This document shows, piece by piece, positions 20,901-31,759 of a DNA stretch of 64,000 nt (the stretch's first letter is position 1; every line of letters begins with the position of its first letter). The DNA lies in contig VRVR01000008.1 of the NCBI GenBank assembly GCA_009859145.1, positions 259,325 to 323,324 on the forward strand, read 5' to 3'. Made by a program: the position numbers and the translations under genes. Below the pieces are notes generated by a model. The model searched no databases. It worked only from the letters and a program-made list of their open reading frames with translations, and had not been told where the DNA came from. The DNA comes from Andalucia godoyi And28 (Eukaryota > Protista > Jakobida).

Positions 20901-22324
20901 TCGGATCAAGATGTGGGGATTTTCTTCTTCTGATTGCGGATGCTGTTTTTGTGGAGTCCAAATTTGGGAGACAGGAAAGTGCGCTCACGTTGTTGGAGAG
21001 ACAGAGTCTTGCTTGCTTTTGCAGCTGGAAAGAGCAGCTGGTGTCCACACAGTATCCTGGATTACACTCTTCCCACGGCAATCGATGTGTGAATGCTGCT
21101 TGCGTCGCCTTTTTATTGCATAGAGAGACTAGAGGAAGACCGCTGTTCAAAGCGGACATGGAGCTGTTTTCTGATTTTGTAGAACTGTTCCATTCTTCCA
21201 TCACGTGGATCAATTCTGACATGATTCAGAAACTCGTCGCAAGAGATCATTCGCAGTCAGATGCACTTTATCTGGTGTTGTCTGGTTTGGAAATCACCGC
21301 AATTCTGTTGAGGAACAACGTTTCTCCCTTTTCCTGCAACCCCCCGGAATTTTCTCTTCCAAATGGACTGCAGTTCGTCCGACCAGATGCCACTCAATTT
21401 TTGTCCGTGTTTCCGTCCATGTTATCTTCTGCTGATAAGAGAGTTGTAGAATCGTCAGCAATGGTTTGCGGATTGTTTCTCATGAAATTCTCACTTCTGG
21501 GGTTAGGTCTCTATGACAGCACTTTCTTCCTGGCATTCCGAGATTTGACGATTTCTGCCCTTCATCGATTGCTCCAGGACAATGAGACCCGTGGTGTTTC
21601 GGCTCTCCGTCTTGTTGCTGAAAGCTACGGAGATATTCTTCTGAACGACAGGTTTGACCCCAGTGCCTTGTCGTTTTCCACGTCGTTATGCCCTATGATC
21701 GCTGATCTGTACATGTACTGCCCCGTGCGTCTCTCTCGTCTTGATCGTGTTGTTCTGCTGTTTTTTAAAGATGGATTTCTGAGAAATCCTGCTTCCCAAA
21801 GCAAAATACTGAGCTTGCTGCATCTGCAGTTTGTAAGGGCATCTCCGGAGGATCGTTCGAGGGTTCGGATGGACCAGATTGAGGTGTTTTATGGCTGGAT
21901 TTTGAATGACGCGTGGTCTTTTCGGGGCGCCGAAGAAGAAACTCGTGTTGCTTTTGCGTCCAATTTTTGTGATCTTATCCAGTCCATGCATCTTGCAGAA
22001 GCTGATTTTGCAGAACTTGTTTTCCCGTTTGTTTCTTTGTCGATTTCCGATCCATCACTGTCTGTTCGTGCTGTTGTGCGGAAACTCGTGGTTTCCATGT
22101 TCTCTTTTCATCCGTCATTGATTTTCTCGTCACCACTGTTTTCCGCGTCGTTCAGTGCCGAAAATTTTGTTTCATGGGTTGCGTCTCTTGGAATCCATCT
22201 TTTCGAAACTTTGTTATCCTCCAGCGACATGGATCAGCCGATTTTCGGATCGCCCGTCCCGCATGCTGCGGGCGCGAAGAATCCAAAAGAGCTGGAGATC
22301 CGAGATACGTTGCTGTTTTCAAAT
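14951..22324 (+). CDS. PRKDC: DNA-dependent protein kinase catalytic subunit, exon 1 (HEAT region); spliced product about 3794 aa
   Basis: ORF 14885..22384, first ATG at 14951. Long HEAT-like helical sequence with DNA-PKcs-like segments (ASVEYVYSFILYLIG, LFRAAFSCVISV, QPIFGSPV). Joins in frame to the kinase ORF through a phase-0 GT-AG intron. Confidence 0.88.
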
Positions 22325-22443
22325 GTATGCATTTCCCCACCAGAAAGAGTCTGTTTTGAAATGTCCAATTTCATAATTCATTGATTTTCCTCTTTTTTAA
22401 TTAATATTATTTGTCTTTTTTTTTTGTTCCTCCACGTTAACAG
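22325..22443 (+). other. Spliceosomal intron in DNA-PKcs, 119 nt, phase 0
   Basis: Donor AAT|GTATGC, AT-rich interior with a T tract and in-frame stop TGA (22382-22384), acceptor TTAACAG|CCG. Removing it gives ...LLFSN-PKRDEVSNAI...DLQSSMGV, continuous with ORF 22540..26454. Confidence 0.88.
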
Positions 22444-25400
22444 CCGAAACGTGATGAAGTTTCGAATGCCATTCCCGGATCCGTCAGTTCATCAAACATT
22501 GTCCAATCATCTTTCCTTTCCGAAATCTCGACTTCGGACTTGCAATCCTCCATGGGTGTCGCCGCGCTGACGAGCCAGAGGTTTCAGACTGCTCCATCTG
22601 TTGCAGATCACGCGCGTCTCCTGCGATTTGCATTCTTAAAAAGAAAAAGAGAGGAATCAGTCGCACAGTCGCTTAAGCAAAGCAAATTGTTCTCGTATTC
22701 CTTGCAGAATACGTATTTTGAATCGTTTACGCCCGTCATTTCTTCTTGCTCTCGGAGATCGTTTTTGAAACCACTATCGCTTGTGGTACTGATGGATCCT
22801 GTTGCCTTGAAAGAGCTGACGTTGCACCTGTTCAGCGTCCTGGTATCTGCTCAAATTTCGGAGCATCAGGAGGAATTTCAGAAGTTTTTTGAGAAGCTGC
22901 TTCTGAACAAGTCTGGATTGAATGAGAAAGTGGAGTTTGTTGCACAGTTAACGTGTCGTGTGCAGTCATCCTTGATCCAACTTGATGGATTTTGCATTTC
23001 CGCGGCGTCAGAAGTGTCTGGAACGGCCCTGCTTGCCGCGGAGTATCTTCACTATGACCCTGTCAAACAGTCATCCGCAAAAAGACACAGGCTTTCGAAC
23101 TCTTCTCCGATTTTACTGGATGTGATGCTGCATCGCATGTATTCAAAAGTCGACGAAGACGTTTTTGGTCGGTACATATGGGAAGAAATGGTAGACCGTG
23201 CTCCATTGAAGGTTCGTGAATTCCTTCAGCAGACATCGTGGAACATGTCTTCCACCACGAGTGATGTCCAGAAACTGGATCCGATGGTGCAGCATGAACT
23301 GGGACCCCTCATCCTTGAACGACTGCAAGCTCTTGGCAATTGGGAAGAGATCGATACAGTCTTTGGGAAGATTCAGTCAGAAGCAATCTTTTCATCTGAT
23401 GACGTTGATGAAGCGAAGGTGTTGCATTCCATGTCGTCCAGATCCTTGCCGTTGGATTCTGCAGACCGCCAGATGTCGGGTTCACGATTCAGTGATTTGC
23501 TGGCTGCATACATGCATTCCATTTCCGCATCAGCGTTTTCGTCATTGCTTGATGTTATTGAGGAGTCGCAGAATCAAATCATTTCCAATTTGCATGTGCC
23601 TTGGGGTCTCCTTCCGTTTTATAAGCGGATTGCCTTTTTGGACCACTTTGGGACCTCAATGATGTTGCAACAACATGTGTCGTTGTTTCGTGATCTTTCT
23701 TGTGGAAAGTTTCCATCTCAATTACCAAGAGATCGCACAGTGTTCTTTTGGAAATTTGGAAGTCCGCAAGGTGCTCCGTTAGTCGTTTGGAACAGACGAT
23801 CCGTTGTTCACAGTTCGCTTTTGCAGGATGCGAAGGATTTGCTGAAGCGGTTTCCGTCAGACTCTTTTTGCGGTATAGTGCAGGATTTACAGGAACGCCG
23901 GCGCGATTTTCTGCGGACTGCCGCTTCGGAGGCTCGTACTGCTCAGAACTTTGCGGTCGCCGCAAGATTTCTAGAGGAAGCTCAAGACGGACTTGATATC
24001 CCTTCGTTCATCTCCACCGGTCTTGCTGCGGAGTTCTCACGAAACAAACTGGATCTTCTTGCAGCAACTGCTTCGACGAATGTTGAAACTGTTGTCACCG
24101 GTATTCGGGATTCCCTTTCCATGATTCAATCTCTCTTATCGTCTGTTGAGCCCACAGCGCTGGCGTCAAACGACAGATTCATGGAGCTGAAATTGATTCC
24201 TTTGGACTATCTCTTGCTGTTGCTGAAACTCAATGTTGAAGACCAGGCAGAGACGCTTCATGAGGCATTCCATTGCGTCGCAGAACTCGTCACAAGCGCT
24301 TTCACGAGTTCGCAGGCCGAGCTATCTTCATCTCTGGGCAAGAGGTGTTTTGAGTTGTGGGTAGCAGTCGGCCGAACCCCTCGTTATGAGAATGTTCCCA
24401 TTGCCATGCACGCGTGCGATTTGCTATGTCGCTCCCTGTCCACCGCACACTGTTCTCCGGATGTCCTCTCGCGAGTTTTCCAACTTTGCGAGATGCAGTC
24501 TGAGTGCCGCTCTGTCGCTGTTGCCGCGCTGCAAAAGGTACCAGCATTCGTCTTTGTTCCGTGGGTATCTGCAATGCTGAGTTCTTTGCCACAGGAATCT
24601 GGGTATGTTCACGAAGAAATTCTGAATCGAGTTCTTTCAGAGTTTCCGCAACCATTGTTTTACAAGTTTCGAAGCGTGTTGCCGATTTTTCGATCCACAG
24701 AAGCCAGCTCCAGTAGAATGATGTTTTTCTGTGATCGAATGGAGCAGCGGTGTCAAGCAGAGACGTTCGCGATGCCATCCAAATTTCTTGCCGAAGTTGT
24801 GCAGTTTCGGAGCTTTCGTTTGTGCTTGGATGACATCATGAAGGAGATTGCGGTTCTCGATAGCGCCTCCTCTGCTGGGGCAATTAGATCATCAGTATTT
24901 TCTCTGTCGACCTTGCTCACCAAGGCAGTCAGAATGTGGCCAGCATTTGCCAAGAGCGAAGAGGAGTGCCTGAAGTTCGTAAGTGACTCTTTGAAACTGC
25001 TTTGCGGTGGGACGAATGCGGTCCCAATTTTGGATGTGCGAATGCGCATTTTACCTGGTCTGAAAACCAAGTTAACACCATTAATTCAGCGTTCCGAATT
25101 GCATTCTTCCAAGAAGGTGCCGCTTCGACTGTTTTCTGAACTGTTGGACTCTGTTTCGACATTCACCGAAACAGATTCTAGCAGACTGCAGGTTCCCATC
25201 GCGCTGAATTCCGATTTTCCGTGGCGGGCTAGCACTGAAATTCCATTTGTCTATTGCTGTGAGCCTTTCGTGCTTGTGATGCCGTCCGTCCGACAACCGA
25301 TTCGCTTTGGAATGCTATCTAGCGACGGCGTCATACACCGGTACCTCGTGAAGACGGGAGAAGACCTGCGACTCGACGAGCGCATTCTCGGACTCTTTCA

Positions 25401-26454
25401 TATGATCAATCGCTATGTTCAGACTTCGCATGCGACATCCACGTCAGTGTTTCGAGGCAAACTGATGTCGTATGGCGTTATTCCGTTGTCCACAACGTGC
25501 GGACTCATTGAATGGGTGTCCGACACTACGAGTCTGTATTCGATTTCCAGATCTAATGCCAATGTTTCCCATGTTCAGCAAGAAATATTCAAGTTGTTTG
25601 TTCCTTCTTTACAAGGGGGACTTCCTGCATGTGTCCGCGGAATTTGTGAAAGCTGGAATCCCCAAGGATATGACAGTCTTGTTCCTGCGTTTTCCTCCAT
25701 TATCTCGAAATACCGGTCTTCTAACCTGCGTGGTGCGTTGCAGCTCCTGGCTTCCAGTTTTGAAACCTTCTTTTTTGTTCGATCGTCCTTTGTCCAGTCG
25801 CTATCTCTGCTGAATATCGTGTCCTACATCCTGGGCATCGGCGATCGGCATATGGAGAATTTCCTGCTGAAGACGGACACAATCGACCTGGTTGGCATTG
25901 ATTTTGGGCTGGCATTTGGTGCTGCTCTGGAGAATCAAGCTATTGCAGAACTTGTTCCTTTTCGGCTCTCGCCAGCAATGCAAGACGTATCTCATCCTCT
26001 GAACCCGCGATCCGTCTACGTCCCTTTCATGTCCCGATACTTGTCTGTGCTGCTGGACCACAGGGACGCACTCCTGTCAGTGTTATCCATTTTCGTGAAA
26101 GAGCCGGTGGTCGTGGCGTCTTCCTCCTTGTCGTCTTCTTCCCATTACCAGGACCCAGTCGAAGCAGGTCAGCAGATGCTCGCGACTGTCCAGCAGAAGC
26201 TTGACTTGCACAATCCAATTGATGTCCTCGTGGACGGTCTCAAACAGAACAGCCGAATTCCGCGCGTGAGCGATTGGTCTGGCGTGCATTCCTTTGTCGC
26301 TGGGAGGGGGTTCAAGCAAACAGCGCATCGCAGTCGGTATGCTGAGCTGGAAAGGATGTCCGCTGTTCACGACTATGTCGACTGCTTGGTGGACATGGCA
26401 GTCGATCCAGCTCTGTTGGCATGCATGTACATTGGGTGGAAAGCTTGGTGGTAA
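22444..26454 (+). CDS. PRKDC: DNA-PKcs exon 2 (FAT, PI3K-like kinase, FATC)
   Basis: Kinase motifs VMPSVRQP, YLVKTGEDLRLDERI, GLIEWV, YILGIGDRHMENFLL, GIDFGLAFG and ELVPFRLSP. FATC DCLVDMAVDPALLACMYIGWKAWW is of DNA-PKcs type. Confidence 0.93.
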   Translation, partial: PKRDEVSNAIPGSVSSSNIVQSSFLSEISTSDLQSSMGVAALTSQRFQTAPSVADHARLLRFAFLKRKREESVAQSLKQSKLFSYSLQNTYFESFTPVISSCSRRSFLKPLSLVVLMDPVALKELTLHLFSVLVSAQISEHQEEFQKFFEKLLLNKSGLNEKVEFVAQLTCRVQSSLIQLDGFCISAASEVSGTALLAAEYLHYDPVKQSSAKRHRLSNSSPILLDVMLHRMYSKVDEDVFGRYIWEEMVDRAPLKVREFLQQTSWNMSSTTSDVQKLDPMVQHELGPLILERLQALGNWEEIDTVFGKIQSEAIFSSDDVDEAKVLHSMSSRSLPLDSADRQMSGSRFSDLLAAYMHSISASAFSSLLDVIEESQNQIISNLHVPWGLLPFYKRIAFLDHFGTSMMLQQHVSLFRDLSCGKFPSQLPRDRTVFFWKFGSPQGAPLVVWNRRSVVHSSLLQDAKDLLKRFPSDSFCGIVQDLQERRRDFLRTAASEARTAQNFAVAARFLEEAQDGLDIPSFISTGLAAEFSRNKLDLLAATASTNVETVVTGIRDSLSMIQSLLSSVEPTALASNDRFMELKLIPLDYLLLLLKLNVEDQAETLHEAFHCVAELVTSAFTSSQAELSSSLGKRCFELWVAVGRTPRYENVPIAMHACDLLCRSLSTAHCSPDVLSRVFQLCEMQSECRSVAVAALQKVPAFVFVPWVSAMLSSLPQESGYVHEEILNRVLSEFPQPLFYKFRSVLPIFRSTEASSSRMMFFCDRMEQRCQAETFAMPSKFLAEVVQFRSFRLCLDDIMKEIAVLDSASSAGAIRSSVFSLSTLLTKAVRMWPAFAKSEEECLKFVSDSLKLLCGGTNAVPILDVRMRILPGLKTKLTPLIQRSELHSSKKVPLRLFSELLDSVSTFTETDSSRLQVPIALNSDFPWRASTEIPFVYCCEPFVLVMPSVRQPIRFGMLSSDGVIHRYLVKTGEDLRLDERILGLFHMINRYVQTSHATSTSVFRGKLMSYGVIPLSTTCGLIEWVSDTTSLYSISRSNANVSHVQQEIFKLFVPSLQGGLPACVRGICESWNPQGYDSLVPAFSSIISKYRSSNLRGALQLLASSFETFFFVRSSFVQSLSLLNIVSYILGIGDRHMENFLLKTDTIDLVGIDFGLAFGAALENQAIAELVPFRLSPAMQDVSHPLNPRSVYVPFMSRYLSVLLDHRDALLSVLSIFVKEPVVVASSSLSSSSHYQDPVEAGQQMLATVQQKLDLHNPIDVLVDGLKQNSRIPRVSDWSGVHSFVAGRGFKQTAHRSRYAELERMSAVHDYVDCLVDMAVDPALLACMYIGWKAWW

Positions 26455-26565
26455 GCCGAAAGAACGAAAAGCCGTTTTCTGTCATCTATTATTTTAATAT
26501 TGAATTTCAATATTTTGTTTTGTTGTCGCTGATTTTTTTTCTATGTTTTTTTAATTAATTATTAT

Positions 26566-27402
26566 CTACCGATTCTTGCGTTCGGAATCGACTTCCCCTT
26601 CGAACCTTTCGGGTGTTTGAACGGCCGAAAGCATGGAGAACGCAAAGAGGGACAACAGGAGAATCACGCCGCCTACAATAAGACCCTCGAGAATTGCCGG
26701 GGTGATATAAATGCAGAGTGTTTCGCAAGTCTCTGTGTCATAATAGCAGTTTTTGAAGTCATTGATGTCCAAGGGGGCAGCAGGGCATGAAGCCGACGCT
26801 GCCAGAAGGTTCATCGGAGCGACTGCGACGACAAAATCCTGCTGTTCCGCAATGTTCCTCTCGACCGCATTCTTCAGCGACTCAAATGAATCGACGTTGA
26901 CACGAACGACGCGATCCGACAAGAGCGAGGTCTGGATCTGCAAAGAAAACGGCATATTCAGCTCGACCTCCGACGACTTGGTTGCCGGTCGCACATGCGA
27001 AAACACTGCGGCAACCTCATCTCTTGAGATTTCGTGCGAGTGTGTGATCAGCATTACCTTTTGCTTCTGCTGGTTTCGCGAGGACGCAGACAAGGAGTAC
27101 AGACTTGCCAGTCGTGAAGAAGATGACGACGGGGATGAGGAGGACACCGATCCAGAGTCCTCCGCGACGTGCGAAAGCATTACCAGAACGTCGTTATGCG
27201 AGTATCCGTGGTACGAAGGCACAAACGGCAACCATTCCGATTCTGACTGCGGCTGCACAGACGACGATGTCGCAGAGTCTCTCGAGAAGATGAAAGCGCG
27301 TGGAAGCGATCGCTGGTCGTCTGTATTGCAAAGCACAGACACCGACGAAGACGCCAGTATAACGCACGTAAACAAAATTGCCACAGCAGAAACTCGACTC
27401 AT
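26566..27402 (-). CDS. Type I membrane protein resembling V-ATPase accessory subunit Ac45/Voa1 (ATP6AP1-like), 278 aa
   Basis: N-terminal signal peptide. C-terminal YITPAILEGLIVGGVILLLSLFAFSMLSAVQTPERFE matches the Ac45/Voa1 TM signature ([FY]..P.I..GL...TM...L....TP.RFE/D). Confidence 0.7.
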   Translation of the reverse strand: MSRVSAVAILFTCVILASSSVSVLCNTDDQRSLPRAFIFSRDSATSSSVQPQSESEWLPFVPSYHGYSHNDVLVMLSHVAEDSGSVSSSSPSSSSSRLASLYSLSASSRNQQKQKVMLITHSHEISRDEVAAVFSHVRPATKSSEVELNMPFSLQIQTSLLSDRVVRVNVDSFESLKNAVERNIAEQQDFVVAVAPMNLLAASASCPAAPLDINDFKNCYYDTETCETLCIYITPAILEGLIVGGVILLLSLFAFSMLSAVQTPERFEGEVDSERKNR

Positions 27403-27404
27403 CT

Positions 27405-27409
<5 letters not shown>

Positions 27410-27439
<30 letters not shown>
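27410..27439. repeat. (TC)15 microsatellite ending 7 nt upstream of the Ac45-like ATG
   Basis: Read directly. On the minus strand: (GA)n TTTAAAG ATG. Confidence 0.9.
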
Positions 27440-27441
<2 letters not shown>

Positions 27442-27899
27442 CCTTCCCTACACTATCCACCCAATACCAGTGGAGAAGAAAACAAAAAATATTGAAAATT
27501 AAAATTCAAAGGAAAAAAAAAAGACAGTGAAAAACAAAAGATTCAAAAGAAGAAATAAGGGGAAGCAGAATGAAAACTTTTGGTGCTGTCAGCGTTCTTC
27601 GCTTTGAAAGGCGGCCTTCTTGCTGAGAGTGAAGATGTACACACTACAGAGGAAACCGGAGTAATGAGTAGCAGGTTAAGCAGAGCAGGTTTAGAATTTC
27701 TGCCGGATCTTTTTTTAATTAAAAAATAATTCCCGCCTCCGTTTGGATGACTTTCTCAGCTATTGGGTTCTCATTATTTCAATGGGGGTTTTTTTCTTCT
27801 CCTGGGTTTCGTTCTGCCTTGCGCTGATCTCACTCAAAAGTCAAAGCGACGTATCCATCGCAGCAGCAAGAACAAGGACAGCAATAAAAAAACGTAATA

Positions 27900-28160
27900 A
27901 TGTCATCGACGACAGTTACAAGCTTATCTGGAAACACGGCGTCGGCGCCACCCTCATCGTCCTCGATGCAGACGCAGGAGCAAGTCCGCGATGTGATGGA
28001 TTCGCTGTATGAAGTCTCACGGATTCTCAACACGGGACTTACGCGGGACCAGCTGGCGCTTCTGCTGGCACTTACCGAGCAAGGTGTGAACCCGGAGGCC
28101 CTATCTGCAGTCGTCAAGGAGCTGCAACGCGAGTCCACCGCCAGCCGCAGTCAATCCTAA
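27900..28160 (+). CDS. MZT1: Mitotic-spindle organizing protein 1 (MOZART1/GIP1), 86 aa
   Basis: VMDSLYEVSRILNTGLTRDQLALLLALTEQGVNPEALSAVVKELQRE is the MOZART1 signature. Confidence 0.95.
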   Translation: MSSTTVTSLSGNTASAPPSSSSMQTQEQVRDVMDSLYEVSRILNTGLTRDQLALLLALTEQGVNPEALSAVVKELQRESTASRSQS

Positions 28161-28291
28161 GTAAACATAGTAAATGTAATGGCAATCGCCAAACTCTTCA
28201 TTATCCCGATGTCCGGTCTTTCTCGTTCTCCTTGTACTTCTTTTGTTTTCATTATTGTAAAGTCATTAAAACACTACTACAAAACACTCCT

Positions 28292-29911
28292 CTACTCGTG
28301 TTGTCGCTGCCTGGGAGCAGCTCGCAAGATGTCGTCGACACGCAAGATCATTTCTGCTGCTTCTGCTGCGGCCTGAACTGCATGTTTCTTGACCTTGGCA
28401 CACTCGACGACACCCATTGCTGCCATATCACCTACTGCACCTCGGTTCATATCGAGGCCTGCATGTGCGTTTCCTTCAATGTGTGCTGCCCTCAGCTGCG
28501 CAACCAGGTCGGCCGCGTCGTATCCGCCATTCTCTGCAATGACGCCCACCACTGAGCGCAATGCACGAGCAAACGCTTCGATTGCAAGCTGCTTCTTGCC
28601 GGCAGTCTTCAGAGCTGCATTGTCCACTGCAAGAGCCATGCGCATCTCGGGACACCCACCACCATAGCACGTCAGTCTGTTCGCAACGGTCTGGGAAACG
28701 ACGGCAAGCGCATCGTGCAGGGATCGTTCGGCCTCATCCAACACGTGGGACGAAGCGCCACGGAGAACAACGGTGCAAGCTGCGGCAGCCCCGGCCTTGA
28801 GCCCCGAGAACCGGATGAGACGATCCTCGCCGATCATGACTTCTTCCACACGATCGCACTCTCCAAGCCTGATTGCACTGAAGCCTGAATCCGATTCTGT
28901 GTCAAAGGTGGACACAATGTCGGCGCCAAGGGCCAGTGCCAGGCGCTCGATGCCGTCAAAGTCGGCGTGCTCAATGGCCATGATTCCACGCTCAGCAAAC
29001 AGCTGTTCGGGATAGTTGTAGATCAGCTGCCGGTTGATGATCACGTTAGCTCCAGTAGCGATCATGCGTTCCACCTTGGCACGCATGCGGCTGCGCTCGG
29101 CCTCTTCAATCTCGGCGACTCCTGCGTAAGTCTGACTACGGACTCGTGCGCCGTAGATCTTAATCTTGTCTGTGTCGAGAGCCGTGTTGCAAACGAGGAC
29201 CTTGACGTTCTTTTCAAAGAGACGCGGTTGGCCAACTCCGATCTTCTTGTCAAGCAAAAATCCGTCATCGACATAGGAATCGCGGAGACCGCCACCGGGC
29301 TTCTTGATGATGTGAATCGCTTCGAGATCCGTCGATCCCTGGATGCGCATCACGGCGTCGACGGTCAGCTTGGCAAAGTGGTCTTTGGCAACATACAACA
29401 CCTTGGACGAAAGGGTTGTGCGGGCAATGTTGAGCAGATCTTCACGGAACCGAGTTGCATCGTCTGCGTTCGTGAAACAGCCTCCAAGAAACGCCTCCAG
29501 TGCAACCTTGGACGCCGCACGGTACCCATCGATGATCGTCTGCGGGTGGATCTTCATCTCAAGCAGTTTCTCTGCTTCGTGGAGCAGCTCGCCACACAAC
29601 ACACACACTGTCGTCGTGCCATCTCCTACTTCCGCATCCTGACCCTTTGACACATCCACAAGGATCTTCGCTGCAGGGTTGTCCACCAAGATCTTCGACA
29701 AGATCGTCGCTCCGTCGTTCGTGACCGTCACCTCTCCATCCTGGCCTTGAAGAATCTTGTCCATACCCTTCGGTCCAAGCGTGGACTTTACAAGATCTGC
29801 AACTGCAGTCGCACCAATGATGTTCCCAAGCTTGGCACGATGTCCCTTTTCCTCAAAAGCACCTTCGCGAAGCACATTCACAGGATTTCCATACTGCGCT
29901 GCGGCACTCAT
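28292..29911 (-). CDS. CCT2: T-complex protein 1 subunit beta (CCT2), 539 aa
   Basis: [83 protein letters not shown]-like segment, [13 protein letters not shown] and [10 protein letters not shown]. Confidence 0.98.
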   Translation of the reverse strand: MSAAAQYGNPVNVLREGAFEEKGHRAKLGNIIGATAVADLVKSTLGPKGMDKILQGQDGEVTVTNDGATILSKILVDNPAAKILVDVSKGQDAEVGDGTTTVCVLCGELLHEAEKLLEMKIHPQTIIDGYRAASKVALEAFLGGCFTNADDATRFREDLLNIARTTLSSKVLYVAKDHFAKLTVDAVMRIQGSTDLEAIHIIKKPGGGLRDSYVDDGFLLDKKIGVGQPRLFEKNVKVLVCNTALDTDKIKIYGARVRSQTYAGVAEIEEAERSRMRAKVERMIATGANVIINRQLIYNYPEQLFAERGIMAIEHADFDGIERLALALGADIVSTFDTESDSGFSAIRLGECDRVEEVMIGEDRLIRFSGLKAGAAAACTVVLRGASSHVLDEAERSLHDALAVVSQTVANRLTCYGGGCPEMRMALAVDNAALKTAGKKQLAIEAFARALRSVVGVIAENGGYDAADLVAQLRAAHIEGNAHAGLDMNRGAVGDMAAMGVVECAKVKKHAVQAAAEAAEMILRVDDILRAAPRQRQHE

Positions 29912-30311
29912 TCTCTTCTAGGCTTCTATGTAGACCTCAACCACACAAACCAACCAATCAAAAAACAAACAAACAAACAAGAAATTTTTTTAATATAAAA
30001 ACAAAACAAAAGCAGCCTTTTGGCGAAGTTCGGAAGGGCATAACAATAAATAAATGACCCAAAGGAGATTCTCGGTCTCTTTTGGTTGAGTAAATTGTCA
30101 GTTCACAAGCAGAATGACGTTTTCGAGGCAGTGTCAGGGCGCGCCAAAAGGCAAGATAGGATCGACTACAGTTGATTTTTTGTAGAGTTGACAATGAATT
30201 TTTTGTTTTGTTTTGTGGTTGGTCTTTTGGTCTTTTGGCAGAGTTGTAATGGTACAGTGTGTGTAGTATGTGCATAGAGTAGTGATCGTGTTTCAAGGAT
30301 TCAGACAGACA

Positions 30312-31661
30312 ATGGATTCATCAGTGTTGGTGAATACCGAGATACCGCAGCCACGATCGCCGTCGTCCACGGAAACGCCTTCGATGCCCACGAACGCCAT
30401 TTTCCCTTTTTCTTCCTCTGACTCGCTGTCGTCCTCCGATTCGGCTCTTCAAAAGTCCTCCAAACCCAGCTTCCGAGAAAAGGACAAGGACAGGGATAAG
30501 GACAGGGATAGGGATGATGACTGGTATCCGGCATCGTTTACTGAAGATTTCATGCAGATTCTGAAACCTGTAGACATCCAATTGTCTCTGTTGACAGGCG
30601 TCAAGTCTTCGTCCAAAGTGCATTGCCGGCGATTTCGTTACTGGAAAGGGGTTCCCGACAGGCTGTCTCTTGTGAAGAACCCGCTGATTCAGACAGTTCC
30701 CGTCGTCCTCAGCAGCAACAGCAATTGTAGTAGTAGTAGTAGTAATGGTGGTGGTGGTGGTGGTGGTGGTGGTTGTGCGTTTGAGCTGCAGCAAACGAGA
30801 GAGTGTCTTGAGCAGCGTGGTGGCGGACATCACTCGGTCCGCGGATCTATGGGCGTTTCTCATTCGTTCCATTACTTTGAAGTGTCCATCCTTGAGACAG
30901 GTGCCAGTGGGACGGTTCGCGTGGGGATTGTGACTTCGCGAGCCGATCTGAATGCGGGCGTTGGATATGATGCGTTCGGGTATGCATTCTCACCGCTCCG
31001 ATCTTGCATTTTGCATCTCTCGAAATCCATACCTGTCGGAATGGCCGATGCTGCATACAGTGCGAAGGGAAGCGTGATCGGCGTGCTGCTGTGCTTGCCA
31101 AACGAGAGCGAAGCGATGGTGGAGATGCACTTGTCGGAAGACATGGTGTCGACCGCGGTACCTACTTCCCGGAACGCAGATTCCGATGCGTCTGTCTATG
31201 CTGTGAAGGCTGCGATGCGGGACAAGTTCGTTGTTGTGCAGGAGCTTGGAGAAGTTTACCGAAAAAGAAAAGAGGCTTCCGTCGTGTTTTTCCACAACGG
31301 AATGCCGATTCCGGGAGCACGTATCACGGACCTCTGGCATGTGAAGTACTATCCGGCCGTCTCGATCTACGGACCTGCAAAGGCCGTCGTCAACTTTGGC
31401 TCAACATGGGCCGCAGTCCCGGATGTCTCCTCTCTCGGTATCGACATCTCACAAGTTCGTCCGTGGACAAGTGTCGTTTCCGAGTACGAACGCGACGCAA
31501 AGGATCGCATGGAATGGATCGCCAAGCAACGCGAAATCGAACGTGCAGAAAAGGAAAAAGAACGACCATTATCTTTGACAACAACTGCAACAACAACTGC
31601 AGCCACAGCCACGGCGACAATCACAGACATACGTTTGAGCGAATCGGTAGCAATCGATTAG
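30312..31661 (+). CDS. ASH2: COMPASS subunit ASH2/Bre2/TRAUCO-like SPRY protein, 449 aa
   Basis: First ATG at 30312. Split SPRY domain: HSVRGSMGV..HYFEVSI, RVGI, GYDAFGY, GSVIGVLLCLP, insert, VFFHNG, YYPAVSIY and VNFG. No N-terminal PHD/winged helix. Confidence 0.85.
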   Translation: MDSSVLVNTEIPQPRSPSSTETPSMPTNAIFPFSSSDSLSSSDSALQKSSKPSFREKDKDRDKDRDRDDDWYPASFTEDFMQILKPVDIQLSLLTGVKSSSKVHCRRFRYWKGVPDRLSLVKNPLIQTVPVVLSSNSNCSSSSSNGGGGGGGGGCAFELQQTRECLEQRGGGHHSVRGSMGVSHSFHYFEVSILETGASGTVRVGIVTSRADLNAGVGYDAFGYAFSPLRSCILHLSKSIPVGMADAAYSAKGSVIGVLLCLPNESEAMVEMHLSEDMVSTAVPTSRNADSDASVYAVKAAMRDKFVVVQELGEVYRKRKEASVVFFHNGMPIPGARITDLWHVKYYPAVSIYGPAKAVVNFGSTWAAVPDVSSLGIDISQVRPWTSVVSEYERDAKDRMEWIAKQREIERAEKEKERPLSLTTTATTTAATATATITDIRLSESVAID

Positions 31662-31707
31662 GCGGAACGCACAGGTCTTTTCCGGGGTATGTGCACGCAT
31701 TTATGGA

Positions 31708-31733
31708 TGCACCTGCACCTGCACCTGCACCTG
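31708..31733. repeat. (TGCACC)x4 hexamer repeat between the convergent ASH2 and CPSF30 stops
   Basis: Read directly. Confidence 0.8.
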
Positions 31734-31759
31734 TTCCTGTTTGAGTTTCCAACGAGAGA

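Noticed and set aside
14885-26454. DNA-PKcs as two separate genes, a frameshift or a readthrough
   Set aside because: A canonical GTATGC...CAG 119-nt intron restores the frame exactly, which is the simpler explanation.
30229-30272. U2 snRNA-like words GGTCTTTTGGC and GTGTAGTAT
   Set aside because: The spacing is about 12 nt longer than in U2, stem IIa and a downstream Sm site are missing, and the sequence runs into the ASH2 CDS.
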